Positions 1 through 9,352 are shown, counted from the stretch's first letter. The stretch: 24,516 nt of DNA from Caldisericota bacterium (GCA_030642335.1 DAOWNX010000001.1:1-24516), one strand, 5' to 3'. Made by a program: numbers and translations. The notes: generated by a model not told the origin, from the sequence alone.

Positions 1-1
1 G

Positions 2-1057
2 AAAAAACAGTTAAATAGATTAATAGATTGTTCAATGTGTCCAAACATGTGCAAATTCAGTTGTCCTGTTTACCTTGCAACAGGTAGTGAAGCGTTTACT
101 CCTCAGAAAAAGGCGCGTCTTATACTTTATAGGGAGAAAAATTTATTACAGGATGAAGATGGATTTTTTGATACTGTATTCCAGTGTGCCCTTTGTGGAA
201 GTTGTGTTGTAAATTGCCAGTATGACGATTTTGATATAAGAGATTTTATTATAGATGAGCGTAGCATTGCATTTGAGAAAGGTTTTGTGCCTTCTCTTAT
301 CGGGGAGGAGCTTGGGAATTTTAACAAGTTTGGTAATCCCGATGGTAAAAGGGAGACGATCGACAAAGGAGAAGGAGAGATAGGGTTTTTTGTTTCCTGT
401 AATACTTTTAAGGACAAGAGTATTCTTTCTGCAACTGAGAAAATTCTAAACAAAGCACACGTAAATGTAAAGGAGTTTGGTGGTGGTGATATTTGTTGCG
501 GGGCACCACTCTTTTTTGCGGGAGATATGGATGGTTTTAAGAAAAAAGCAGAGCAAATGGAAAAACTCATTAAAGAAAAAGGAGTTAAGCGAATCATAAC
601 AAACTGCCCGACATGTATTAAAATGATGAAGAAACATTATGCAGAAGTTGGAGTAAATATAGACGTTGACATTGTGCATACTTTAACGTTTACAAAAGAG
701 CTTATGGATGAGGGCAAGCTATCACTTAAAAAAGTTGAAAATAAATCCATTACATATCATGATCCATGTATTCTTGCAAAAGACCTTGATATATCAGAAA
801 TGCCGAGAACAATTTTAAAAAATATTGGATACTCTTTGCGTGAACCAGCTTATACCGGAAAGGATGCACATTGTTGTGGCGGAAAAACAAAAGTTGGCGA
901 TAGAAATACGCGTGATGCAATAAGCAATATGAGAGAAAATGAGCTTAAAGAAACAAAAGCACCAGAGTATGTTTCTGCTTGTCCTACCTGTAAAGATGTA
1001 TTAAAATCTCTTCGAATGAAGGATATCGCAGAAATTATAGGAGATGCACTTGAATAA
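2..1057 (+). CDS. (Fe-S)-binding oxidoreductase subunit, GlpC/HdrD-like (two 4Fe-4S motifs plus two CCG domains); start lies at or before the window edge
   Basis: Frame is open from base 2 (KKQLNRLIDCSMCPNMCKFSCP), so the ATG at 35 is internal to the first CxxCxxxCxxxCP motif. Second motif CALCGSCVVNC. CCG-domain motifs ICCGAP/NCPTC and YHDPC/HCCGG/ACPTC. Confidence 0.85.
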   Translation, partial: KKQLNRLIDCSMCPNMCKFSCPVYLATGSEAFTPQKKARLILYREKNLLQDEDGFFDTVFQCALCGSCVVNCQYDDFDIRDFIIDERSIAFEKGFVPSLIGEELGNFNKFGNPDGKRETIDKGEGEIGFFVSCNTFKDKSILSATEKILNKAHVNVKEFGGGDICCGAPLFFAGDMDGFKKKAEQMEKLIKEKGVKRIITNCPTCIKMMKKHYAEVGVNIDVDIVHTLTFTKELMDEGKLSLKKVENKSITYHDPCILAKDLDISEMPRTILKNIGYSLREPAYTGKDAHCCGGKTKVGDRNTRDAISNMRENELKETKAPEYVSACPTCKDVLKSLRMKDIAEIIGDALE

Positions 1058-2774
1058 TAAATTTTCTAAAGAAATCATTCACAGAATTTTCGAAGAGACT
1101 AAAGAAAAAACAGAAGTAAAAAATATTGGTAATGTTGTTTATTTAAATGGAAATGTTTCTTCATATGATCAAGCACTTAGAGCTGGTTTTATTGCTGCTT
1201 CTTTTAGTAAATTAAGAGGAGTTGTTTCGAATTTACATTATCCTTCAGAAAAGAAAATTATATTTCCTGAAAAAGTTTCAGATAGACTTAATGGAAGGGA
1301 GTTTGATGTAGTAATTGTTGGAGCAGGTGTAATAGGTGCAGCAATTGCAAGGGAGTTATCCAAATTTAATTTAAGTATAGCTGTACTGGAGAGGCATAGT
1401 GATATTGGTGTTGACCAAACTGCACATAACAATGGCATGATTCATCCTGCATTTTTAACAAAGCATGGCACGTTAAAATGGGAGATGAATTATAAAGGGA
1501 ATGCAATGTTCGATAAAGTTACCGCCGAACTTGACGTTCCGTTTAAGAGGATAGGAACACTTATTGTTGCCGAGAACTTAAAAGAAGAGTTAATGCTTTT
1601 TGCTCTCAATGGATTAGTTAAGTGGCACAGGGATCCTTCGCCAAAGGTTTTAAATAGGGAAGAATTAGATAAAGTGGAGCCCGGACTTGCCCCGCATATA
1701 AAAAAAGGCCTACTTGTATGGAATACAGGTATTATATCACCATTTGAATTAACCATTGCTTATATGGAAAATGCTATAAGTAATGGAGTAAAATTATTCC
1801 TTGAAACTTCTGTTAACGGGGTATACACAGAAAATAGCTTTGTTAAAGCGGTGGAAACGACGCAGGGAACCATCAAGACGCATTGCTTGATTAACGCTGC
1901 TGGTTTATATGCCGATAAGATTGCTGAATTTGCGGGCGATAGGTTTTTTACAATTCACCCCAGAAGAGGGGCAACGATTATTTTTGATAAAACATACCAA
2001 CCTATGAAGACGGTACTGGGCAGTTTCAGTATGCGAGAAAATAGAAACCCGCATTCAAAAGGTGGTGGCTTTATTCCTACAATTGATGGCAATCTCCAAC
2101 TTGGCCCTACTGCCTGTGAAGTAGAAGATAGAGAGGATACGGCAACAAGTTTTGGAGACATAAACGAACTTCTTGATAAATTTGCGCCTATTCTTTCACG
2201 TCTTAAACCAGAATATCCTGAGGCAAGCAAGGATAAGATTATTACATATTTTGCAGGAGCAAGGGCTGCAACATTCAAGGAAGATTTTATTATCGAACCA
2301 TCACAAAAAATAAAAGGTTTGATTCATGTTGCTGGTATACAATCTCCCGGTCTTGCAGCTGCACCTGCTATAGCTGAGAGGGTATATGAAATTGTGCGGA
2401 ATGAAGTAAATCCTGATATAAAAAACGAGTTTAATCCTGTAAGGAAAAGATTTAAATTATTTTCTGAAATGGACGGAAGCGAGATTACCGAACGTACCCA
2501 AAAGGATTCTCAGTACGGCCATATTATTTGCAGATGCGAGCATGTAAGTGAAAAGGAAATTGTTAATGTATTACATGATGATATTCCAGTAGAAAGTGTT
2601 GATGCAATAAAAAGAAGGACACGAGCAGGTATGGGAAGATGCCAGGGCGGTTTTTGTTTGCCAAGGGTGATGGCTATAATAGAAAGGGAAAAAGGATTAA
2701 ATAAGGAACGTATTACAAAAAACGGAGGAAAATCATTTATTCTGGATGGAAAAACAAAAAGGGGGGAGAAATGA
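1050..2774 (+). CDS. FAD-dependent glycerol-3-phosphate-dehydrogenase-like oxidoreductase (GlpA/LhgO family) with N-terminal BON-like domain and C-terminal BFD-like [2Fe-2S] domain
   Basis: VIVGAGVIG FAD motif, HNNGMIHP, GIQSPGLAAAPAIA; C-terminal CRCEHV...KRRTRAGMGRCQGGFC. TTG at 1050 is preferred over ATG 1044 because SD AGGAG (1039-1043) is 6 nt upstream of it. Confidence 0.85.
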   Translation: MNNKFSKEIIHRIFEETKEKTEVKNIGNVVYLNGNVSSYDQALRAGFIAASFSKLRGVVSNLHYPSEKKIIFPEKVSDRLNGREFDVVIVGAGVIGAAIARELSKFNLSIAVLERHSDIGVDQTAHNNGMIHPAFLTKHGTLKWEMNYKGNAMFDKVTAELDVPFKRIGTLIVAENLKEELMLFALNGLVKWHRDPSPKVLNREELDKVEPGLAPHIKKGLLVWNTGIISPFELTIAYMENAISNGVKLFLETSVNGVYTENSFVKAVETTQGTIKTHCLINAAGLYADKIAEFAGDRFFTIHPRRGATIIFDKTYQPMKTVLGSFSMRENRNPHSKGGGFIPTIDGNLQLGPTACEVEDREDTATSFGDINELLDKFAPILSRLKPEYPEASKDKIITYFAGARAATFKEDFIIEPSQKIKGLIHVAGIQSPGLAAAPAIAERVYEIVRNEVNPDIKNEFNPVRKRFKLFSEMDGSEITERTQKDSQYGHIICRCEHVSEKEIVNVLHDDIPVESVDAIKRRTRAGMGRCQGGFCLPRVMAIIEREKGLNKERITKNGGKSFILDGKTKRGEK

Positions 2775-4327
2775 AATATTTTATTGTGATTGACGGAGGC
2801 ACTCAAAACATTAAGGCATTTGTATTTGATGAAAAAGGAAATGAAATATCTAAAGGAATGCACTCCGTAACACCATATTTTTCTGTACAGCCTGATTTTG
2901 CTGAACAAGATGCAGAACAATATTTATCGATTGTAAAAGAAGTGACAAAAAAAGTAGTAAAAGATTCTGGTCTGCTAGAAGATGATTTTGTTGCTCTTTC
3001 TATCACAACGCACAGAAGTACTATTATCCCTGTGGATAAAAATGGTAAAGTAATTCGTCCTGCGATTACCTGGCTTGATGAAAGGAAGACGGATGGTTTG
3101 TCCCTTCCGGGTGGAATGGGAAGATTGTTTATGAAGATAGCAGGCATGGAAGAAACACTTAAAAAATATCAAAGACGATCGAAGTTCAATTGGCTTCGTA
3201 AACACGAACCAGAAAATTATAGAAAAACTTATAAGTTTCTTACAGTTTCATCGCACATATTCCATGCTCTTACAGGAGAATTTAAAGATTGCTCTTCAAT
3301 GATCGTAGGACTTTTTCCAATTGATTTAAAACAGCTTGCCTGGCATAAAAACCTGCTTGTTTATAAAGTATTTGGAGTAGAAAGGAAAAAGCTTCCGGAT
3401 CTTGTCTCTCCTACAGATATTGCAGGACGCGTATCAAAAACAGGGGCAAAGGATTTTGGGGTAAAGGAAGGGCTTCCTATCATTATTGGTGCGGGAGACA
3501 AGCAATCAGAGCTGCTTGGGGCAGGCGGTATAGGTTGTGATATTGCAGAGGTAAGTTACGGTACAGCAGCAGTGATTGAGATATTTAGCAAAAAATATGT
3601 GACACATCCCAGGGTGGATTTTTTTACATGGGGCAGTGCTGTGCCTGACAAATGGGCTCTTGAAGGATTTGTAGGGAGAGGGTACTGGATGGTATCCTGG
3701 TTTAGAAAAGAATTTGCAAAACATGAAGAAGATCAGGCAGAAAAAATGGGTATTTCACCTGAGAATTTGCTTGACAAAGAAATGAGTGAAATTCCTCCGG
3801 GTTCAGATGGATTAATTCTTCAACCTTATTGGTCGCCATTTGCATTTGATCCGTCCTCCAAAGGTGCAATTATAGGATTTTCCGGCAACCATACCAGAGT
3901 ACATGTTTACAGGGCTATCATCGAAGGGATTGCTTATGAGTTAAGACGGCTTATGGAAATTATACAGAAATATTCAGGTGCGAAAGTTGAAGAATTACGT
4001 GTTGGTGGAGGAGGATCCGAAAGTGATGAGATAATGCAAATTACTGCCGATGTGTTTAATCTTCCCGCAAGACGAATACACACTCCGCACCTTTCTGCTC
4101 TCGGGGCTGCAATAGATGCAGCTGTTGCCATAGGTATATATAAAAGTTTTGAAACAGCAGTAGTAAATATGGTTAGGCCTGAAGAGAAATTCATTCCTAG
4201 TCCAAAGAATGTAGAAATATACAATAGATTGTTTAATGAAGTATATAAAAATATTTATCCATCGTTAAAAGGGTTGTATCACAAAATATACGATATTACG
4301 AAGCAATACAAAAAGAAAGGAGAATGA
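2771..4327 (+). CDS. FGGY-family carbohydrate/polyol kinase
   Basis: IDGGTQNIKA phosphate-1 motif, ITWLDER, GAGDKQSELLG, SYGTAA, RAIIEGIAYEL, VGGGGS, SALGAA. 4-nt overlap with the upstream gene. Confidence 0.9.
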   Translation: MKYFIVIDGGTQNIKAFVFDEKGNEISKGMHSVTPYFSVQPDFAEQDAEQYLSIVKEVTKKVVKDSGLLEDDFVALSITTHRSTIIPVDKNGKVIRPAITWLDERKTDGLSLPGGMGRLFMKIAGMEETLKKYQRRSKFNWLRKHEPENYRKTYKFLTVSSHIFHALTGEFKDCSSMIVGLFPIDLKQLAWHKNLLVYKVFGVERKKLPDLVSPTDIAGRVSKTGAKDFGVKEGLPIIIGAGDKQSELLGAGGIGCDIAEVSYGTAAVIEIFSKKYVTHPRVDFFTWGSAVPDKWALEGFVGRGYWMVSWFRKEFAKHEEDQAEKMGISPENLLDKEMSEIPPGSDGLILQPYWSPFAFDPSSKGAIIGFSGNHTRVHVYRAIIEGIAYELRRLMEIIQKYSGAKVEELRVGGGGSESDEIMQITADVFNLPARRIHTPHLSALGAAIDAAVAIGIYKSFETAVVNMVRPEEKFIPSPKNVEIYNRLFNEVYKNIYPSLKGLYHKIYDITKQYKKKGE

Positions 4328-4328
4328 C

Positions 4329-4436
4329 ATGGGGTTACCGGAGTTCTTTCAGTTTCATGTACCGACGAAGATTATCTTTGGCGAGGGAGTAGCTTCTTGC
4401 TGGATGAAGCAAAAGAGGGTAAAATTTTACCCTTAA
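4329..4436 (+). pseudogene. N-terminal remnant (35 aa) of an iron-containing alcohol dehydrogenase
   Basis: SD AGGAG 6 nt upstream of ATG 4329. Translates MGLPEFFQFHVPTKIIFGEGVASCWMKQKRVKFYP*; F-x-F-x-V-P-T-K-I-I-F-G-x-G is the typical Fe-ADH first strand. Similarity ends after about residue 22. Confidence 0.7.
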
Positions 4437-4462
4437 CTAAATTAAGCGATTTATTGTATAAT
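4416..4462 (+). promoter_or_regulatory. Perfect 18-bp palindrome AGGGTAAAATTTTACCCT (4416-4433) abutting a possible internal sigma70 promoter (TTAACT 4433-4438, N18, TATAAT 4457-4462)
   Basis: Palindrome read directly. The -10 is perfect and the -35 is 4/6. Lies upstream of SD GAGGAGG and the TTG start at 4500. Confidence 0.4.
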
Positions 4463-4499
4463 AAAAATACTTAATGTTAGATGACGAGGAGGCAGTGTA

Positions 4500-5741
4500 T
4501 TGAAAGCTGATGTAACAGTAATTGGAGGAGGCCCAGGAGGACTTGTTTCTGCTCTTTTTGCAAAAAGAAATGGTGCAAAAAAAGTACTAATACTTGAGAG
4601 AGAAGATGAGCTGGGTGGAATATTAAAACAATGCATCCATAATGGTTTTGGCCTGGAACTATTTAAAAAAGATCTTACAGGCCCGGAGTATGCAGAGCGG
4701 TTAATAGATGATATTAATAAAGTGGGTGTTGATTATATGCTTGACACTATGGCAATCCACCTTTCAAATGATCGTACAATTACTGCCGTGAATTCTAAGT
4801 ATGGAGTGTTTAATATAGAATCAAAAAGTATTGTTCTTGCAATGGGATGCCGTGAGCGTGCCAGGGGCAACATTGTTATTCCCGGCACTCGTCCTGCAGG
4901 TATATACACGGCAGGTGTGGCACAACGATTTATTAATATTGATGGGTATTTGCCCGGGAAGGAAGTAGTTATTCTTGGATCTGGCGATATAGGGCTTATT
5001 ATGGCAAGGCGGCTTACACTTGAAGGAGCAAAAGTAAAAGGTGTGTATGAAATTATGGATCACCCCGGTGGCCTTAAAAGAAATATCGTACAATGTTTAA
5101 ATGATTTTGATATTCCGCTTTATCTTTCACATACTGTGATAGAGATAAAAGGAAAGGATAGGGTTACCGGTGTTGTTGTTGCAAAGGTAGATAGTAAGAT
5201 GCAGCCGATAGAGGGAACAGAAGAATTTATTAAATGTGACACACTGCTTTTATCAGTGGGGCTTATCCCTGAAAATGAGCTTTCAAAAGAAGCCAATATT
5301 GAAATTTCTTCTAACACAAAAGGACCTGTTATGACGGAAACAATGGAAACAACAGTTCCCGGCATTTTTTCTTCCGGTAATGTATCTGTTGTGTTTGACC
5401 TTGTTGATTATGTTGCTGAAACCGGGGTAATTGCAGGTAAAAATGCTGCAGAGTTTGCAAAAGAAAAAAATGAAAACAAAAAATTTATTAACATACTTCC
5501 TGGTAAAAATGTAGGGATACTTTTTCCTCACAGGTATTCATATAGAGATGATCTTATTTTATTTCTCCGTGCTGGGAAATGGATAGAAAAGCCTGTTAGT
5601 ATTAAGATAAAACCTTTAAATATGAAGATGAGAAGATTCTATGCCCGTCCAAACGAGATGATAAGGATCAAGATATTGCAAGATAAACTTTTATCAGCAA
5701 AGGGAGACATTACCGTTTCCATAAAAGAGGTGGAGGGATGA
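4500..5741 (+). CDS. NAD(P)/FAD-dependent oxidoreductase (pyridine nucleotide-disulfide family), partner subunit of the GlpA-like enzyme
   Basis: VIGGGPGGL, LGGILKQCIHNGFG, AMGCRER, VILGSGDIGLIMARR, CDTLLLSVGLIPENEL. TTG start with SD GAGGAGG. Confidence 0.85.
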   Translation: MKADVTVIGGGPGGLVSALFAKRNGAKKVLILEREDELGGILKQCIHNGFGLELFKKDLTGPEYAERLIDDINKVGVDYMLDTMAIHLSNDRTITAVNSKYGVFNIESKSIVLAMGCRERARGNIVIPGTRPAGIYTAGVAQRFINIDGYLPGKEVVILGSGDIGLIMARRLTLEGAKVKGVYEIMDHPGGLKRNIVQCLNDFDIPLYLSHTVIEIKGKDRVTGVVVAKVDSKMQPIEGTEEFIKCDTLLLSVGLIPENELSKEANIEISSNTKGPVMTETMETTVPGIFSSGNVSVVFDLVDYVAETGVIAGKNAAEFAKEKNENKKFINILPGKNVGILFPHRYSYRDDLILFLRAGKWIEKPVSIKIKPLNMKMRRFYARPNEMIRIKILQDKLLSAKGDITVSIKEVEG

Positions 5742-6091
5742 TAAAACACTTTACCTGTGTTATATGTCCTATAGGATGTGAGATTGATGTAGAAGAAAAT
5801 GAGGGAAAGCTAATTTTACTAAACGGGAATATGTGCGCGCGAGGGAAAGAGTTTGTCATTCAGGAATTAAAAGAACCTATACGCGTGCTTACAACAACGG
5901 TAAGAATAAAAGGCGCAGAATTTAACATGCTTCCTGTGCGTACAGACAAGCCCATTCCTAAAAGACTCATCCCTATAATAATGGAAGATATTGCAAAAAT
6001 TGAAGTTAATGCACCTATTAAAATGTACAAAGTTATTGTGAAAAATATCGCAGGAACTAGAGTAAACATTATTGCAACGCGCAGTATGTAG
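5738..6091 (+). CDS. DUF1667-family small Cys-rich protein (metal/Fe-S-binding partner of the preceding oxidoreductases)
   Basis: CVICPIGC...GNMCARG...RVLTTTV...LPVRTDKPIPK. 4-nt overlap with upstream gene; usual position after this oxidoreductase pair. Confidence 0.85.
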   Translation: MIKHFTCVICPIGCEIDVEENEGKLILLNGNMCARGKEFVIQELKEPIRVLTTTVRIKGAEFNMLPVRTDKPIPKRLIPIIMEDIAKIEVNAPIKMYKVIVKNIAGTRVNIIATRSM

Positions 6092-6095
6092 TCAT

Positions 6096-7241
6096 TTATT
6101 TTTCGTCTGGAACAATAAGAAAAAGAGTTGAGTCTTTTTCTATTATTCTTAAAACTCCCTTGCATTCCCTAGGGAACTCTTTAAACAAAACCAGAGTGTT
6201 TGTTTCTGGTATATATTTACTTATTGAAATCTCTTTTTCACTATTTGAAATAATGTATATTCCATTTTCTCCTTCTATATAATGCGCATTCTTTCCTGTT
6301 TCAATGTCTATCTTATGAAATACTTTATTTTTCACATCAATTCTGAAAAGAGCATTCTCAAACTCTGCAAATACACCATCAATATAAAAGATGTGTGTTG
6401 CTGAAATATTATTAAATAGAGTAACACTTCTATTTCTTAAGTTTAGTATCCCAGAAACACGTTTTTCTGTCTTTATGAAATGGGTGATAAAATATGCTTC
6501 TTTATTATTCTCTGTCACTATTGTGAAAGGAGATTCAATATCCAATGGGAGTTTATAATTGTTACTATAAGAAGAAATGGGGTTGTAGAAGGTGATGCCG
6601 TACGCATTATCTCTTGAAATAATAATTTTATCGCCAGTAAGAGGAAGTATAGCTTTTATAGGATGAGGAGCGTTTTTCGTCGGGTATCTTTCTTCACCTA
6701 ATTGTATTATAGAGACTTCGTGTGTTTTTTTGTTGATAGTGTATAGATAATTACCTATTCCTGCATAGACTTTACCATCCAATATTTTTATATCGCCCCT
6801 TATACCTGTCAAGTTATCCACAGCAGGAGAGAGCATGTTGATTTTTCCGTCTGATAGATCCGTGTAAAAAACAGTGTATAAATTATTTATCTTTTTAATA
6901 AACCAGATCGTTTGGGTCTCTTTATCATATGCAAAAGGTTGCTGTACATTATCAATAATTTTTATAGTTTTCTCAACGTTTATCATCTGTGGGATAATAT
7001 CTCCACTTCTTAATAGTGAAATCTCTCCGCTTCTCCCATAGATGAAGGGCATAAGAACAGCAAAGAATAATACGAGAAGAATAACGGATACAAAAGATAA
7101 TTTTCTGAACAAAACTCTCCTTTTTTCTGCTTTTGCAAAGCGCATTTCTATCTTTTGTCTTATCCTGTCTTCATAGGGTGCAGTATCTATATATTTTGGT
7201 TTTATTTTTTTTAATTTTTTAATAAGTTCGTCATCTTTCAT
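6096..7241 (-). CDS. Probable membrane-anchored anti-sigma factor with extracytoplasmic beta-rich (propeller-like) domain
   Basis: Overlaps the ECF sigma stop. About 45-aa charged N-terminus, one TM segment (LSFVSVILLVLFFAVLMPFIY), then a long beta-strand-rich domain. Start could be ATG 7241 or GTG 7250. Confidence 0.6.
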   Translation of the reverse strand: MKDDELIKKLKKIKPKYIDTAPYEDRIRQKIEMRFAKAEKRRVLFRKLSFVSVILLVLFFAVLMPFIYGRSGEISLLRSGDIIPQMINVEKTIKIIDNVQQPFAYDKETQTIWFIKKINNLYTVFYTDLSDGKINMLSPAVDNLTGIRGDIKILDGKVYAGIGNYLYTINKKTHEVSIIQLGEERYPTKNAPHPIKAILPLTGDKIIISRDNAYGITFYNPISSYSNNYKLPLDIESPFTIVTENNKEAYFITHFIKTEKRVSGILNLRNRSVTLFNNISATHIFYIDGVFAEFENALFRIDVKNKVFHKIDIETGKNAHYIEGENGIYIISNSEKEISISKYIPETNTLVLFKEFPRECKGVLRIIEKDSTLFLIVPDEK

Positions 7242-7767
7242 TTTTACCACTCTCTATTATTTTTTTTAATTTTTTTAACGCTCTTTGCATTGAATTGTAA
7301 TAGGCACTTTTACTTATGTTCAGTATAAAAGCTATTTCATTTTGCTTCTTTCTTTCGATAAAATGCATTCTTATCATTTCCCTTTCTCTGAATGGTAACT
7401 TTTCAATTGCTTGAAGCAGTTCTTCTGACTCAATATTTGGCGGGTCTTCAGCAGCATAAAACTCTTTATTTGTAAGAAGAAGCTTTTTACTTCTGTAAAA
7501 CCTGTATATTTCATTTTCTGCAATCTTGAATAAATAAGTAGAAAACGAAGCCTTGAAATTAAACCTCTTAATGCTTTTAAGCGCTTTGTAAAAGGTGTCT
7601 GCTGTAATATCCTCTGCAATGTTTGTGTCATTCACTCTTCGCAACACGAAATTGAATATATTGTTTGCGTATGCATTGTACAGTGCATCAAATTGTCCAG
7701 GGTCTTTTCTTGCATTATATATTATTTGCTTTTCTTTATCTCGGCTGAGTTTTCCCATACTGTACAA
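7231..7767 (-). CDS. ECF-type RNA polymerase sigma factor
   Basis: Region 2 (FDALYNAYANNIFNFV...AEDITADTFYKALK...FSTYLFKIAEN) and region 4 (LPFREREMIRMHF...EIAFILNIS...RALKKLK), with no region 3. Start is TTG 7767 or ATG 7758. Confidence 0.9.
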   Translation of the reverse strand: MYSMGKLSRDKEKQIIYNARKDPGQFDALYNAYANNIFNFVLRRVNDTNIAEDITADTFYKALKSIKRFNFKASFSTYLFKIAENEIYRFYRSKKLLLTNKEFYAAEDPPNIESEELLQAIEKLPFREREMIRMHFIERKKQNEIAFILNISKSAYYNSMQRALKKLKKIIESGKNER

Positions 7768-7774
7768 TTGTAAC

Positions 7775-9286
7775 TCATCTTTGCAGTTTACCTAAATCAA
7801 TCAAAATTAACCTGCTATTTTTTTGGGAAAAGCTGTCATCAAAAGTGGTTGCTATAAGTATTGAATTCGTAAAGGAAAGCATATTTGCATTTTTCAATGT
7901 GAACAATGGCTCATTTGTTTTTGTGTCGAATACATATATATATCTAATTGGTTCCCCTGTAATCCTATTCGTGGCAGTTACAAAAAGGATATTATTCTTT
8001 ATCTCCATATCGATAAAGCTTCCGCCTAACATATTTGGAGAGTAAGGGAATAGAATTTCTCTTCCTGATCTATCGAAACAATAAATCTTATCACCGTTAA
8101 CAGCTATATAAGTTCTTTCATTACCCACAACAATTTTGTCGAATCCTTTATTGAGGGTTTTTATTATCTTTCCGCTGTTTGCATCAATAATTAGCGTTTT
8201 TCCTTCGCCTGGGATAAAAAACAAACCGTCTTCTAATTTTATTTTGTATTTAGTGAAATATATCCCCGTGTTAAACTTGTTTATAATCTCCATACTGTCC
8301 AGATCTACGCAGTAGATATGCTCTTCATCCGGAGTAAAAAATGTTTTGTGTTCTATTATAGCAAATGGACTCACAAGAAAATCGCCTGATATTTCACTTG
8401 CAGGGAAGTCCCCCATCTCAGGGAAAGTACGATCTGCTATGAATTTTCCTGTACGTTTATCAATCTCTATAATGCGAAGGTATGAATTTACAACCTGAAA
8501 CAGGTAATAGTTACTCCCTCCGAGGTCTTGCCCTATAACGGGGTTTCCTTTTAAGTGTTTATTCCATATATATTGGCGTTCTTTAACGGAATATCCGTCG
8601 ATTGGATTATCATAAGTTTTATTGAAAAAATCAAAACCATAACCCACTATTATATCTTCTTTGCTGATTATTCCCTGCGTAGCCCAATCCAGCGTATATT
8701 TATTGAGTAAGTACCCATCTTTACCTATTACGTAAACAAAATAACAGTCCTTCCCTCCACAATAATGACAGTTCTTCACTTCATTGTAAACACTGATATA
8801 CACTTTCCCATCCATTAATTTGAAATCCTCTATATCCTCCATGCATGCCTTACTGATTTCGTATTTCCAGATTTCCTGTTTTTTGTTTAAGTCAATGCAA
8901 TGGATATATGTTCTTGCAGGGCCCCGGTATGTATCAACAATGTAAAGTTTATTTTCTTCGGTAATGGCATTGTATACCCTTCCGCACTTCTCATCAAAAA
9001 TTATCGGGACTTTCTCTAAATCAAAATTAAATAACGTATCTTTTTCTGCTTTAATATTGCTTTTCCCTGCAATGTATCCTATTTTTTTAACAATAACTCC
9101 GTGCTCTCCTTTTGTAACACTATCAACATCCAAAGGTGTTTTTCCTTTGTAACTTCCGTCCACATATACACGTGCATCGGAAGGGTCTGATGTAATTCGT
9201 ATCGTAACAGGTGCTTTGTTTTCTACCGTGCAGCCTGTTAGTGCAATAAATAAGGCAAGTGATAACAATAAAATTATTTTTTTCAT
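7775..9286 (-). CDS. Lipoprotein with PEGA domain and PQQ-like/BamB-like beta-propeller
   Basis: Signal peptide with lipobox LTGC. PEGA signature IRITSDPSDARVYVDGSYKGKTPL...GEHGVIVKKIGY. Repeated blade motifs such as CIDLNKKQEIWK and GYSVKERQYIWNK. SD GGAGGTGA. Confidence 0.8.
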   Translation of the reverse strand: MKKIILLLSLALFIALTGCTVENKAPVTIRITSDPSDARVYVDGSYKGKTPLDVDSVTKGEHGVIVKKIGYIAGKSNIKAEKDTLFNFDLEKVPIIFDEKCGRVYNAITEENKLYIVDTYRGPARTYIHCIDLNKKQEIWKYEISKACMEDIEDFKLMDGKVYISVYNEVKNCHYCGGKDCYFVYVIGKDGYLLNKYTLDWATQGIISKEDIIVGYGFDFFNKTYDNPIDGYSVKERQYIWNKHLKGNPVIGQDLGGSNYYLFQVVNSYLRIIEIDKRTGKFIADRTFPEMGDFPASEISGDFLVSPFAIIEHKTFFTPDEEHIYCVDLDSMEIINKFNTGIYFTKYKIKLEDGLFFIPGEGKTLIIDANSGKIIKTLNKGFDKIVVGNERTYIAVNGDKIYCFDRSGREILFPYSPNMLGGSFIDMEIKNNILFVTATNRITGEPIRYIYVFDTKTNEPLFTLKNANMLSFTNSILIATTFDDSFSQKNSRLILIDLGKLQR

Positions 9287-9320
9287 AAGTTTTTCACCTC
9301 CATTTTAACAAATTTTGTAC

Positions 9321-9352
9321 AAATATAAAGCCGGGGAGTTAAGTCCCCGGCT
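9321..9352 (-). terminator. Rho-independent terminator after the amidase-like gene
   Basis: Stem AGCCGGGGA/TCCCCGGCT (9329-9352) with a 6-nt loop, followed on the - strand by TTTATATTT. Confidence 0.75.

Noticed and set aside
3031-6822. Two perfect DnaA boxes (TGTGGATAA 3031-3039; TTATCCACA 6814-6822)
   Set aside because: Both are inside coding regions, 3.8 kb apart and unclustered; not evidence of oriC.
9299-9323. Extended -10-like TGtTAAAAT and the palindrome TTTGTACAAA before the PEGA gene
   Set aside because: The start site would fall inside the SD, and a 10-bp AT-rich palindrome is expected by chance.
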